Source of the DNA: a virus
Strand: one strand, 5' to 3'
Length of the DNA stretch: 64,000 nt
Virus record (IMG/VR): IMGVR_UViG_3300042344_000022
Coordinates: 4,969-68,968 of that record
Shown: piece after piece, positions 47,814-56,913 of the stretch
Layout: each line of letters begins with the position of its first letter
How positions within the stretch are numbered: position 1 is the stretch's first letter
Notes under the pieces: generated by a model
What the model saw: only the letters and a program-made list of their open reading frames with translations
Databases searched by the model: none
What the model was told of the DNA's origin: nothing
Position numbers and translations under genes: made by a program

Positions 47814-49325
47814 ATGAAAACACTCAAGCAACTAAGAGAAGAATATGATATTGCTTTACCTCAGGCATCTCCTGAGGATTTAGTGCTTGAGGATGTTTCT
47901 AAACCTAAGAGTGAGATTAAGTCACTATCAGATGTACCTTCACAGACAGCAATGCCTAATCTGCTAATGTTTAGACGCATTACTTATAGAAGATATCCTG
48001 GTAATCAGACTGTCGCTCTATACTATTCTAAGACAGTTGATAAGTATCTTTCTGTGCCATTTGGTCCTAAGGGTAATATAAACCTAAATGAAGCCTCTGT
48101 ATATGATTCTATGGAAGAACTAGATTTGTATGAAGGTGCAAAGTGGGAAGCTGTTAAGGGTGGTCTAAAAGGTGCTGCACATGGAGCACTAAGAGGTGCT
48201 GCTAAAGGCAATGCTATTGCAGCCGAGCCTGGTATGGCTATCGGTGCAGTCGTTGGTGCAGCCCACGGTGCTTATAAGGGTGCCAAGACAGCATATAATA
48301 AAGCACAAGATATGGAAGAAGATTGGCAGGATGTCAATCGTAAAGATAAAACAGACGGTCTATCACAGAAGGCAGTCAATGTCTATCGTCGTGAGAACCC
48401 AGGTTCGAAACTAAAGACTGCTGTTACAGAAAAGAATCCTACAGGTAAGAGAGCATCACGCCGTAAGTCATTCTGCTCACGCATGGGTGGAATGAAAAAG
48501 CGTTTGACCTCTGCTAAGAATGCAAGAGATCCTGATTCACCAATCAATAAGGCACTACGCCGCTGGAACTGCGAGGAAGACTTTAAGTTGAAACTTGCAG
48601 AGAAGCGTATGGAAGAAGGTGTTATCGGTGATACCATTGAAAAGGGTAGAAAGTGGGCTCAAGATAAAGTAAAAGATTCCGCTACATTCAAAGCAGCACA
48701 AGAACTAGGACATAATCTACCTGGTTATGGTAATGTTAAAGCCGCCAAAGAGAAGTGGTCCAAGGGTGATACTTGGGGTGCTGCTAAAGAAGCTGGTAAG
48801 AGTGTAGCTAAAGCTGCTGCTACAGGTGCTGCCGTTGCAGGCGTTGGTGGTGTAGCAAGAGCCGCACTAAGTGGTGCCGCTAGATTAGTTGCTGGAGCCG
48901 CTGCTGCTAAAGCCGCTACGGGTGGAGATAACAAACCATCAAGTCAAGATACAGGCACAAGAATTTCTACCGATAACATTCAAAAGAGACACATCACAAC
49001 CAAGTCACCAACATTTGATAGAGGTGATTCTGCTATTGACAAATCAAGACAGAAAACTCTACTAAGAAAAGATGCAGAGGCTTCAAGCAAAAAGCAAGTC
49101 TCAGAGAACAAGATATCCGACCTTCGTCAGATGGTAAATGAAGGTTCTCACCGTCTTGATATGAAAATCAACGGAAGACCAGTTCATATAAATACCAGTA
49201 TGGCTAAAAGAATCCTTGAAGTTTATGATTCGGTCAATACTAAGAACAAGAAGATTGTTGAAAGTATGCTAAACGAGGACCTTGAATCCTTCAAGAAACT
49301 ACTAAACTTTTCAATAAAGGCATAA
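47814..49325 (+). CDS. Modular head-associated protein in the gp68 position, with inserted basic/glycine-zipper modules
   Basis: MKTLKQLREE start; VALYYS..DKYLSVPF; basic module GLSQKAV..YRRENPGSKL...RRKSFCSRM...RRWNC; C-terminal VYDSVNTKNKK..SMLNE..SFKKLLNF. Confidence 0.65.
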   Translation: MKTLKQLREEYDIALPQASPEDLVLEDVSKPKSEIKSLSDVPSQTAMPNLLMFRRITYRRYPGNQTVALYYSKTVDKYLSVPFGPKGNINLNEASVYDSMEELDLYEGAKWEAVKGGLKGAAHGALRGAAKGNAIAAEPGMAIGAVVGAAHGAYKGAKTAYNKAQDMEEDWQDVNRKDKTDGLSQKAVNVYRRENPGSKLKTAVTEKNPTGKRASRRKSFCSRMGGMKKRLTSAKNARDPDSPINKALRRWNCEEDFKLKLAEKRMEEGVIGDTIEKGRKWAQDKVKDSATFKAAQELGHNLPGYGNVKAAKEKWSKGDTWGAAKEAGKSVAKAAATGAAVAGVGGVARAALSGAARLVAGAAAAKAATGGDNKPSSQDTGTRISTDNIQKRHITTKSPTFDRGDSAIDKSRQKTLLRKDAEASSKKQVSENKISDLRQMVNEGSHRLDMKINGRPVHINTSMAKRILEVYDSVNTKNKKIVESMLNEDLESFKKLLNFSIKA

Positions 49326-49328
49326 TAG

Positions 49329-49826
49329 ATGGCAAACGGCATTAACGAACACAAACTGATTGATAACAATCGTAGAGCATTAGTCAAGTATGTTGCAACT
49401 GTAGATTCTGCGGCTGCTAACGTTGTTCTACTAGATGTATCGTCATTGGCATATTCTTTGAATACCAATGGTAAGATCATGTCATCTAATACTGATATCA
49501 AATCTCTTTACAGAACACAGATCAAAAGAATTTGGGGACATGGTCACTATAAATCTGGTGGCTATACTTCACTTAGATGGGGTGGTACAAATACTGAAAT
49601 CTGTCATGTAGGGACAGGTCAATTCGATTTTAACTTTGATGCCGAAGGTATGACTGGTGCCATTCCTGCTAACACCGCCGGTACTGGTGATATTGTTTAC
49701 TCAACAACTGGTGTTGCTGCTGGTGATGTATTCACACTATTCATTGAACTAAAGAAAGACGGTCGTGATTATGATCAGGGCCAAACAGCCGACTCCGCAG
49801 CCTTCAACCCAAAGAGACTAGCATAA
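49329..49826 (+). CDS. Conserved hypothetical protein of the head cluster
   Basis: 165-aa ORF; TATAAATA upstream at 49187-49194; FIELKKDGRDYDQGQTADSAAFN tail. Confidence 0.75.
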   Translation: MANGINEHKLIDNNRRALVKYVATVDSAAANVVLLDVSSLAYSLNTNGKIMSSNTDIKSLYRTQIKRIWGHGHYKSGGYTSLRWGGTNTEICHVGTGQFDFNFDAEGMTGAIPANTAGTGDIVYSTTGVAAGDVFTLFIELKKDGRDYDQGQTADSAAFNPKRLA

Positions 49827-50377
49827 TGTCACATCTTATCGAAAGCATCCTAGACAAAAACTACGTTGTAGCTGAAAGTCATCTTAACGAAAAACTAAAC
49901 TCTATTATGGAAAAGAAGCTATACGAAAAGAAGCGTATGGTTGCTGCCCAAATGGATGAAGTGATGGGTGGAAAAGATCCTGCTACTCTTAGATCCCAAG
50001 GTTATCGTAGAGCCATTGATGTTCTTGGTTTAAGTCCTTATGATAAAGCAAAGGAAGCTGCTAAGAAAAGAGCCGAAGCAAGATCAAAAAAATCAAATCA
50101 ACCAAAACAGACCGAAACTAAACCTAAGGCAGCAGAAACAAGTGCCGCTCCAGAGGTTAAAATTGAACCAGATGAAGTGAAAAAGAAAGAAACACCAAAA
50201 AAGCCTGAGTATAAAAGACCAGGCATGTTGAGAAGAAACATCAACACATTACAAGGTCGTGAACCAGGTTATGTAGCACCAAAAGATGAAAAAGATATGC
50301 AGAGAGGTGGTAAAGTAGGTAAAGCTGCTCGTGCCGTTCTAACAGGGTTAAGTGGCTACGGCTCTATGGCCGAATAG
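49826..50377 (+). CDS. Prohead-core-like protein with basic C-terminal extension
   Basis: N-terminal helix LIESILDKN...EKKLYEKKRMVAAQM resembles the gp67-like tail of 46481..47803; the rest is Lys/Pro-rich. Confidence 0.65.
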   Translation: MSHLIESILDKNYVVAESHLNEKLNSIMEKKLYEKKRMVAAQMDEVMGGKDPATLRSQGYRRAIDVLGLSPYDKAKEAAKKRAEARSKKSNQPKQTETKPKAAETSAAPEVKIEPDEVKKKETPKKPEYKRPGMLRRNINTLQGREPGYVAPKDEKDMQRGGKVGKAARAVLTGLSGYGSMAE

Positions 50378-50406
50378 TCAAGGAATTAAAAAGGATAAAT
50401 AAGTCT

Positions 50407-51054
50407 ATGAAACTTATTAGAGAAGATATACAAGACATTCATTACCTCGTAGAGGATAACGGTAAGGGTGGTAAGAACCACTTCATTACTGGTATCTTCA
50501 TGCAGGCAGAAAAGCAGAACCGTAACGGTCGTGTTTATCCTATGTCAGTTCTTTCTAAAGAGGCTGACAGATATAACCGTGAATACGTTTCAAAAGGCAG
50601 AGCGTTTGGTGAACTAGGTCATCCTGAGAACCCTCAAATCAACCTAGATCGTGTATCCCACATGATTACATCATTACATCCTGACGGGACAAATTTTATT
50701 GGTAAAGCAAAGATTTTAGATACTCCTAACGGAAAGATAGTTAAGAGTCTACTAGATGGCGGTGCAAGTCTTGGTGTGTCAACAAGAGGCGTAGGGTCTC
50801 TCCGTTCGCACAATGGTTATCAGCAAGTCCAAGACGACTATAAGTTAGCTACAGCGGCAGACATTGTAGCAGACCCTAGCGCACCTGACGCATTTGTGCA
50901 AGGCATCATGGAAGGTAAAGAGTGGATTTTTGAGAATGGTAAGTGGAAAGAGCAAGAGTATTATCGTGCTAAGAAACTTATAAGTGAAGCATCACGTAAT
51001 GATATTGAAGAAGTTGCCTTGAAGATTTTTGAAAACTATATTTCAAAACTTTGA
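50407..51054 (+). CDS. gp21: Prohead protease gp21
   Basis: MKLIRE, NRNGRVYP, GELGHP, LGVSTRGVGSL, DIVADPSAPDAFV. Confidence 0.96.
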   Translation: MKLIREDIQDIHYLVEDNGKGGKNHFITGIFMQAEKQNRNGRVYPMSVLSKEADRYNREYVSKGRAFGELGHPENPQINLDRVSHMITSLHPDGTNFIGKAKILDTPNGKIVKSLLDGGASLGVSTRGVGSLRSHNGYQQVQDDYKLATAADIVADPSAPDAFVQGIMEGKEWIFENGKWKEQEYYRAKKLISEASRNDIEEVALKIFENYISKL

Positions 51055-51087
51055 AATTGCTAAATAAGGAAAAGGAGTATCCATAAC

Positions 51088-52506
51088 ATGGCATCACTAA
51101 CAGAAACAGCAAAGGCTGTTTTGCAGGGAAAGGTTTTGGAAGAGGGTGCTTATCCTGAGGTTTCCCCAGGTAAGATTTCTAACCCTAATCCAGTTGACCC
51201 ATCTACTGCATCAACAGGCAATGCTAAGACACTAAAGCCAAGTTCTAAGTCTGTCGAAGGCAGACATACGAACCCAGGCGCTGCCGATCCTAAGTCACTC
51301 GGTAAAGAGGAAGACCTAGGCGGCCAGACCCCAACATCACTTCCAACTGAAAATCTAGGTGCTAAGGCTTCTGGTTCAAAGGACACATCAAAGTCTGCAA
51401 AGGCTTCTGTTGCTGCCGAACCAACTAAGAAACTAGCTGCCGAAGAAATGGAACAGGACGGTGAAGTATTCTCAGAAGAGGAAAAGGTTTCTCTTGCAGA
51501 ACGTCTAAAGGCTCTTAAAGAAGCCCGTAAGTCCAAGGAAGACGATAAGTCTGAAAAGGAAGACGAGAAGGACGAAGATGAGAAGCACGAAGGCAAGTCC
51601 GAAAAGTGCGATGAGGAAGTTGCTATTTCAGAAGAACTAGAAGATTTCATTGCAGAAGCAATTGAAGCTGGTCTTTCAGAAGAAGAAATCCTTGCTGCTA
51701 TCGACGAGAACTTTGAGTTCGTAACCGAAGAAGCAGAAGAAGAAACTGTAGCAGAAGCCCTAGAGACTTATGAAGTCGATATGGCAGAGCATGTTGATGC
51801 CCTCCTAGCAGGTGAAAACCTATCAGAGGAGTTTCATGCTAAGGCTACCACAATCTTTGAAGCCGCTGTAAAAGCAAAGCTAGAAGAAGAAGTCGCTCTA
51901 CTAGAACAGGCTTATGCCGAAACTCTAGAGGAGAGAGTCAACGAGATCATGGAAGAACTTGCTTCCAACGTTGATGACTATCTAAACTATGTTGTTGAAC
52001 AGTGGATTGAAGAAAATGAAGTTGCTGTTGAGTCTGCACTCCGTTCAGAACTAACAGAAGATTTCATTGGTGGTCTACGTGCCCTATTCGCAGAACATTA
52101 TATCGATGTTCCAGAAGATTCAGTCAATGTAGTTGAGGAACTATCTTCAACAGTTGAGGAACTAGAAACAAAACTTAATGAAGAAATTCAGCGTAACGTT
52201 GAACTTACCGGTGTTATTGCAGAAGCCCGCAAGGCAGAACTAATCGGTACAGTTTGCGAAGGTCTAACTGGCGTTCAGGCAGAGAAGCTATCTTCTCTAC
52301 TAGAAAACGTTGCTTATACCAGCGATGAAGAATTTATCGATAAAATCGAAACTCTTAGAGAGAACTATTTCCCAGTAGCAGTTAAGAACGATTCAGTTCT
52401 TGACAAGGTAGAAGTTTCAGCAGACCCACAGGCCCTAACTGAAGGTAACCTAAACGGTCCAATGGCAAACTACGTTAAAGCTATTGGCAAGAGCCTCCCA
52501 AGATAA
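51088..52506 (+). CDS. gp22: Prohead core scaffold gp22
   Basis: Highly acidic; LSEEF..KATTIFEAAV, VDDYLNYVVEQW..ENEVAVE, F.EHYIDVPE. Confidence 0.95.
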   Translation: MASLTETAKAVLQGKVLEEGAYPEVSPGKISNPNPVDPSTASTGNAKTLKPSSKSVEGRHTNPGAADPKSLGKEEDLGGQTPTSLPTENLGAKASGSKDTSKSAKASVAAEPTKKLAAEEMEQDGEVFSEEEKVSLAERLKALKEARKSKEDDKSEKEDEKDEDEKHEGKSEKCDEEVAISEELEDFIAEAIEAGLSEEEILAAIDENFEFVTEEAEEETVAEALETYEVDMAEHVDALLAGENLSEEFHAKATTIFEAAVKAKLEEEVALLEQAYAETLEERVNEIMEELASNVDDYLNYVVEQWIEENEVAVESALRSELTEDFIGGLRALFAEHYIDVPEDSVNVVEELSSTVEELETKLNEEIQRNVELTGVIAEARKAELIGTVCEGLTGVQAEKLSSLLENVAYTSDEEFIDKIETLRENYFPVAVKNDSVLDKVEVSADPQALTEGNLNGPMANYVKAIGKSLPR

Positions 52507-52538
52507 TTTAACTTTAGTTAAGAAAGAAGGAAACTAAA

Positions 52539-53924
52539 ATGTATCTTACAGAAAACCTAGAGTCAAAGTGGTCCCCAGTTCTGGACCATGATGGTCTCAA
52601 TCCAATTAAGGACTCTTATCGTCGTGCTGTTACAGCCGTCGTTCTAGAGAACCAAGAAAAGGCAATGGCTGAGGAGTCACGCACTCTTAACGAAGCTGCC
52701 CCAACTAACGCTGGTGGTGGTCTCGGTGCTGGTACAGCAATTGGTTCATACGACCCAATTCTTATCTCACTAGTTCGCCGTGCGCTTCCAAACCTAATCG
52801 CATACGATGTCTGCGGCGTTCAGCCAATGACAGGTCCAACCGGCCTAATCTTCGCTATGCGCTCACGTTATAAGGCACAGCAGGCACAGGGTGCAGGTAC
52901 AACCGACGAAGCACTATTCTTCGAAGCAAATACCGCATTCTCATCAAAGAACGCTGCTGGTAACACCGGTGGTGCTGCTGGTACAGAATGGGCAAACACC
53001 TCATTCGGTGATTCAGCTAACACCAACCCAGTTGCCGATCTAAACGGCGACGGTACTGCATTCGGCGTTGGTCGTGGTATGACCACTTCACAGGCAGAAG
53101 CACTAGGTGATTCCGGTGCAAATGCTTTCGCTGAAATGGCATTCAACATCGACAAGGTAACTGTTACTGCTCGTAGCCGTGCGCTAAAGGCAGAATACAC
53201 CACTGAACTTGCACAGGACCTAAAGGCAATCCACGGTCTTGACGCAGAGACAGAACTTGCCAACATCCTTTCAACTGAAATTCTAGCTGAAATCAACCGT
53301 GAAGTTATCCGCACCATCTATCGCTCTGCTACTGTAGGCGCACAGTATGGTGTTACAACTGCCGGTACTTTCGATCTAGACACCGACTCAAACGGTCGTT
53401 GGTCAGTTGAAAAGTTCAAGGGCCTAATCTTCCACATCGAAAGAGAAGCTAACGCTATCGCCAAGGCAACTCGTCGTGGTAAGGGTAACGTCCTTATCGT
53501 TTCTTCAGACGTTGCTTCAGCTATGGCAATGGCCGGTGTTCTTTCATACACCCCAGCCCTTTCTGCTGATCTAACTGTTGACGATACTGGCAACACCTTC
53601 GTTGGTATGCTACACGGCCGCATTAAGGTTTATATCGATCCTTACTTCGGTGGTTCAGCAAACGGCGACGAACTAGTTACCGTTGGTTATCGTGGTACTT
53701 CACCATTCGATGCTGGTCTATTCTACTGCCCATACGTTCCACTACAGATGGTTCGTGCAATCGGTCAGGATACCTTCCAGCCAAAGATTGGCTTCAAGAC
53801 CCGCTACGGCATGGTTGCAAATCCATTTGCTACCGCTTCTGGCGACGGTGTTGTTGCTGGTCGTGAAGTTGCTGGCAAGGCCAACATCTACTACCGCATC
53901 TTCCGTGTTCGCAATCTAACCTAA
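52539..53924 (+). CDS. gp23: Major capsid protein gp23
   Basis: KWSPVL, LVRRALPNLIAYDVCGVQPMTGPTGLIFAMR, LKAEYTTELAQDLKAIHGLDAE.EL, YCPYVPL, FQPKIGFKTRYG. Confidence 0.98.
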   Translation: MYLTENLESKWSPVLDHDGLNPIKDSYRRAVTAVVLENQEKAMAEESRTLNEAAPTNAGGGLGAGTAIGSYDPILISLVRRALPNLIAYDVCGVQPMTGPTGLIFAMRSRYKAQQAQGAGTTDEALFFEANTAFSSKNAAGNTGGAAGTEWANTSFGDSANTNPVADLNGDGTAFGVGRGMTTSQAEALGDSGANAFAEMAFNIDKVTVTARSRALKAEYTTELAQDLKAIHGLDAETELANILSTEILAEINREVIRTIYRSATVGAQYGVTTAGTFDLDTDSNGRWSVEKFKGLIFHIEREANAIAKATRRGKGNVLIVSSDVASAMAMAGVLSYTPALSADLTVDDTGNTFVGMLHGRIKVYIDPYFGGSANGDELVTVGYRGTSPFDAGLFYCPYVPLQMVRAIGQDTFQPKIGFKTRYGMVANPFATASGDGVVAGREVAGKANIYYRIFRVRNLT

Positions 53925-53953
53925 TAGAAGTTAGATACGATCTAAGAACTGAG

Positions 53954-53981
53954 AGAGAGGCCTTCGGGCCTCTCTTTTTTT
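53954..53981 (+). terminator. Rho-independent terminator after gp23
   Basis: AGAGAGGCC-TTCG-GGCCTCTCT stem with cUUCGg loop, followed by a T run. Confidence 0.92.
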
Positions 53982-54009
53982 GTCTGCTAAATAGTTAGCG
54001 GAGGATAGC

Positions 54010-54528
54010 ATGGCATACGAAGAATTTACTAAAAACACACCAGAGAACACATCGCTCCTACAGGCGACAAAATATACGTTCATCATTCCTGATATGCCAT
54101 TCTTGAAATACTTTTGTCAGACTGTAGCACTACCTACAGTATCTACATCAGAGGTTGCCATACCCACACCCTTCTCTACCACCTATAGACATGGTGATAA
54201 GCTGGTCTATGAGGGGTTAACCCTTACTGCTTTGGTTGACGAAGATTTGCGTATTTGGGAGGAGTCATATAAGTGGCTTCGTGGATTGACTCGTCCTGCC
54301 GAATATGCACAGTATATCAAAGCAAAAGATCCTAAAGCACCTCTATACTTTGACGGTTACCTAACTATCAATACAAACTCTAATAATCCTAACATGCGTA
54401 TTAAGTTTCATAACTGCCATCCTACCTCACTAAGTGGTATTAACTTTGATACTAAGGTTGATGCCGATACTATTCCTACCTGTGATATTACTTTCCGATA
54501 CGATCTATTTGAGATAGAAAGACTTTGA
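54010..54528 (+). CDS. gp3: Tail completion/tube terminator gp3
   Basis: YFCQTVALP, GDKLVYE.L.LT.LVDEDL..WEE.YKW, PTSLSGINF. GCTAAATA at 53986-53993. Confidence 0.9.
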   Translation: MAYEEFTKNTPENTSLLQATKYTFIIPDMPFLKYFCQTVALPTVSTSEVAIPTPFSTTYRHGDKLVYEGLTLTALVDEDLRIWEESYKWLRGLTRPAEYAQYIKAKDPKAPLYFDGYLTINTNSNNPNMRIKFHNCHPTSLSGINFDTKVDADTIPTCDITFRYDLFEIERL

Positions 54529-54553
54529 CGTTTCCTTTATAGTATGATATAAT
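54525..54553 (+). promoter_or_regulatory. Sigma70-type (early/middle) promoter for uvsY-uvsW
   Basis: TTGACG-17 nt-TATAAT with extended -10 TG. Confidence 0.85.
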
Positions 54554-54579
54554 AGTTGTTTCTACGGAATGGAGTTATT

Positions 54580-55029
54580 ATGTTGAAACCACCAGTGAAT
54601 ATTGACGACTTGATGAAGGAATGGTCACAAGATGGTTCTATTGATTCCACATCAATGGAAAAAGAACTATTGAAGATATCTCACCTTCACGGTAAATACC
54701 TAAACATCATGTCCTTTCATAGACACCTACTCCGCAAGATGGAGACTGATTATAAAATCATGAAGGGTCTAAGAGAGGATTACTATCAGGGTCATCTTAC
54801 ACAGGAAGAACTAGTAGAACGTGGTTGGGAACCTATGCAGCATGTTCTATCTAACCCACAGATTGCTAGAAAACTCGACACAGACCAAGAACTAAATAAA
54901 CTGTTACTGAAACGAGTTGCCCATGAGGAGATTGTATCTTATTGTGAGAATGTCCTCAAGTCTCTAAACAATAGAACCTGGGACCTAGGCAACTATGTAA
55001 AGTATTTGCAGATGACAAACGGTAGATAA
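54580..55029 (+). CDS. uvsY: Recombination mediator UvsY
   Basis: EWSQDGSID, ELLKISHLHGKYL, YYQG, LKSLNNRTWDL..Y. ATG 54580 follows GGAG; directly upstream of uvsW. Confidence 0.88.
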   Translation: MLKPPVNIDDLMKEWSQDGSIDSTSMEKELLKISHLHGKYLNIMSFHRHLLRKMETDYKIMKGLREDYYQGHLTQEELVERGWEPMQHVLSNPQIARKLDTDQELNKLLLKRVAHEEIVSYCENVLKSLNNRTWDLGNYVKYLQMTNGR

Positions 55030-56501
55030 TGACACACTTGATTATAACAAATGCGGATGAATCCTATATTAAAGTTCATTGTGACGAAAGCGTTGCATGG
55101 GAACTTAGGGATGCATTCTCATTCCGTCCTCCAGGGTTTCAGTTTGTGCCTTCTTACAGACAGAAACTTTGGGACGGCTATCTAAGACTATTCAATCCTC
55201 TCAATAGACAAATCTATCGTGGTCTTGCCCCACAGGTAATAAAGTGGGCAACCGATAGAGGATATACCTATGAGTATGCGGACGAAGATTATGACACATC
55301 CTTTTCAGTGGAAGAAGCAAATGAGTATATTGAAAAACTCAATCCCAAACATATGCCTAGAGATTATCAGGTTAACTCTTTCGTCCATGCAATACGTTCT
55401 AAGCGTCGTATTGTGTTGTCTCCTACTGGTTCAGGCAAGTCTTTGCTTCTTTACATGGTCTCTATGTATCTGCTTACCAAAGGGAAGAGAGGTCTTATCA
55501 TCGTTCCTAGGTCGGCCCTTGTAGAACAGTTGTATTCAGACTTTGAGGACTATTCTGTAAAGAATGGTAAAGACATGTCTAAGTATTGTCACCGTGTCTA
55601 TTCTGGTAAAGATAAGGTAACAGATAAGCCTGTTTGTATCTCTACTTGGCAGTCATTATATAAGATGCCTAAAGAATACTTTCAGCAGTTTGACTATGTT
55701 ATCTGTGACGAGGTACATCAGGCACAAGCAAAGTCTCTTACCGACATTGTAGGTAAATGCACCAAGGCAGAATATCGTTTAGGTGTTACTGGTACTCTTA
55801 CCGGTGCTAAGGCTCATGAATGGCAACTTGTAGGATTGTTTGGTCAAATCTATAAGGCTACTACATCAAAAGAACTTATGGACAATAAGCAATTAGCAGC
55901 CTTGACTATTAAGTGCCTTGTTCTAAAGTACCCTGATGAAGAATGTCATTATATGAAATCTGCGGACTATAAGACCGAGATTGATTACATTGTGTCACAC
56001 AAGGAACGTAACAAGTTCATTGTGAACCTTGCATTGTCTCTAGAAGGTAATACACTTGTGTTTTTCAACTTTGTTGAGAAGCATGGACAGGTGCTATACG
56101 ACATGCTAAATAAGAAAGCAAAAGATCGTAAAGTATTTTTTATTCATGGAGGAACAGACGTAGATGACCGAGAACAAATACGAAGGATCGTCGAGACGGA
56201 ACGTAATGCTATTATTGTTGGGTCCGTTGGCGTTCTCAGCACTGGTACTAACATCGTGGCCCTCAATAATGTCATATTTGCATCCCCTTCCAAGTCCAAG
56301 GTTAGAAACCTTCAGTCCATCGGGCGTGGTCTCCGTGTCAACAGCACTAAGGAATCCGCCACGCTCTTTGACATTGCCGACGACTTTAAGTGGAAAGCCC
56401 ATGATAACTATACTCTTAAACACTTCTTCGAACGCCTCAAAACCTACGGTGAAGAAAAGTTCCATTTCAAAATCTACAAAATTAAGGTCAAAGAAACGTA
56501 G
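55029..56501 (+). CDS. uvsW: SF2 DNA helicase UvsW
   Basis: WDGYLRLF, PRDYQ, SPTGSGKS, DEVH, LQSIGRGLR, DIADD. Confidence 0.96.
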   Translation: MTHLIITNADESYIKVHCDESVAWELRDAFSFRPPGFQFVPSYRQKLWDGYLRLFNPLNRQIYRGLAPQVIKWATDRGYTYEYADEDYDTSFSVEEANEYIEKLNPKHMPRDYQVNSFVHAIRSKRRIVLSPTGSGKSLLLYMVSMYLLTKGKRGLIIVPRSALVEQLYSDFEDYSVKNGKDMSKYCHRVYSGKDKVTDKPVCISTWQSLYKMPKEYFQQFDYVICDEVHQAQAKSLTDIVGKCTKAEYRLGVTGTLTGAKAHEWQLVGLFGQIYKATTSKELMDNKQLAALTIKCLVLKYPDEECHYMKSADYKTEIDYIVSHKERNKFIVNLALSLEGNTLVFFNFVEKHGQVLYDMLNKKAKDRKVFFIHGGTDVDDREQIRRIVETERNAIIVGSVGVLSTGTNIVALNNVIFASPSKSKVRNLQSIGRGLRVNSTKESATLFDIADDFKWKAHDNYTLKHFFERLKTYGEEKFHFKIYKIKVKET

Positions 56502-56508
56502 GTGATCT

Positions 56509-56913
56509 ATGAATGATGTCAGTGATAACCCTGTAGCAAAGTTCCTTAGACTACAGAATGGTGATGATATTGTAGCTGAAACGGTAGAGTATGAAGATGA
56601 AAATGGTATAATGTATATGGTAATGAATCCTATGAATGTGGTCTATTCACACACTCACGAAGGATATCTTTCTGTATCGTTTATGCCATGGGTGTTCCCA
56701 AAGATGGTAGATCATCAAGAGTTCATGCTACATGCCGAAGATGTTCTACTCATTTCAGATGTCACCGAGAAGATGAATATATACTATTGGGACAATGTGC
56801 AATCTCTATGCTCACCACAAGAGACTAGACCTCCTGTAGAACAACCTCAGGAAGAAGAAAGTAATATCTTAGATGTGCTTAGAGAAATGGCAAACAAAAG
56901 GACATATCACTAA
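56509..56913 (+). CDS. Conserved hypothetical protein downstream of uvsW
   Basis: KFLRLQNGDDIVAE...NPM...FMPWV pattern, typical of the gene between uvsW and gp55. Confidence 0.75.
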   Translation: MNDVSDNPVAKFLRLQNGDDIVAETVEYEDENGIMYMVMNPMNVVYSHTHEGYLSVSFMPWVFPKMVDHQEFMLHAEDVLLISDVTEKMNIYYWDNVQSLCSPQETRPPVEQPQEEESNILDVLREMANKRTYH

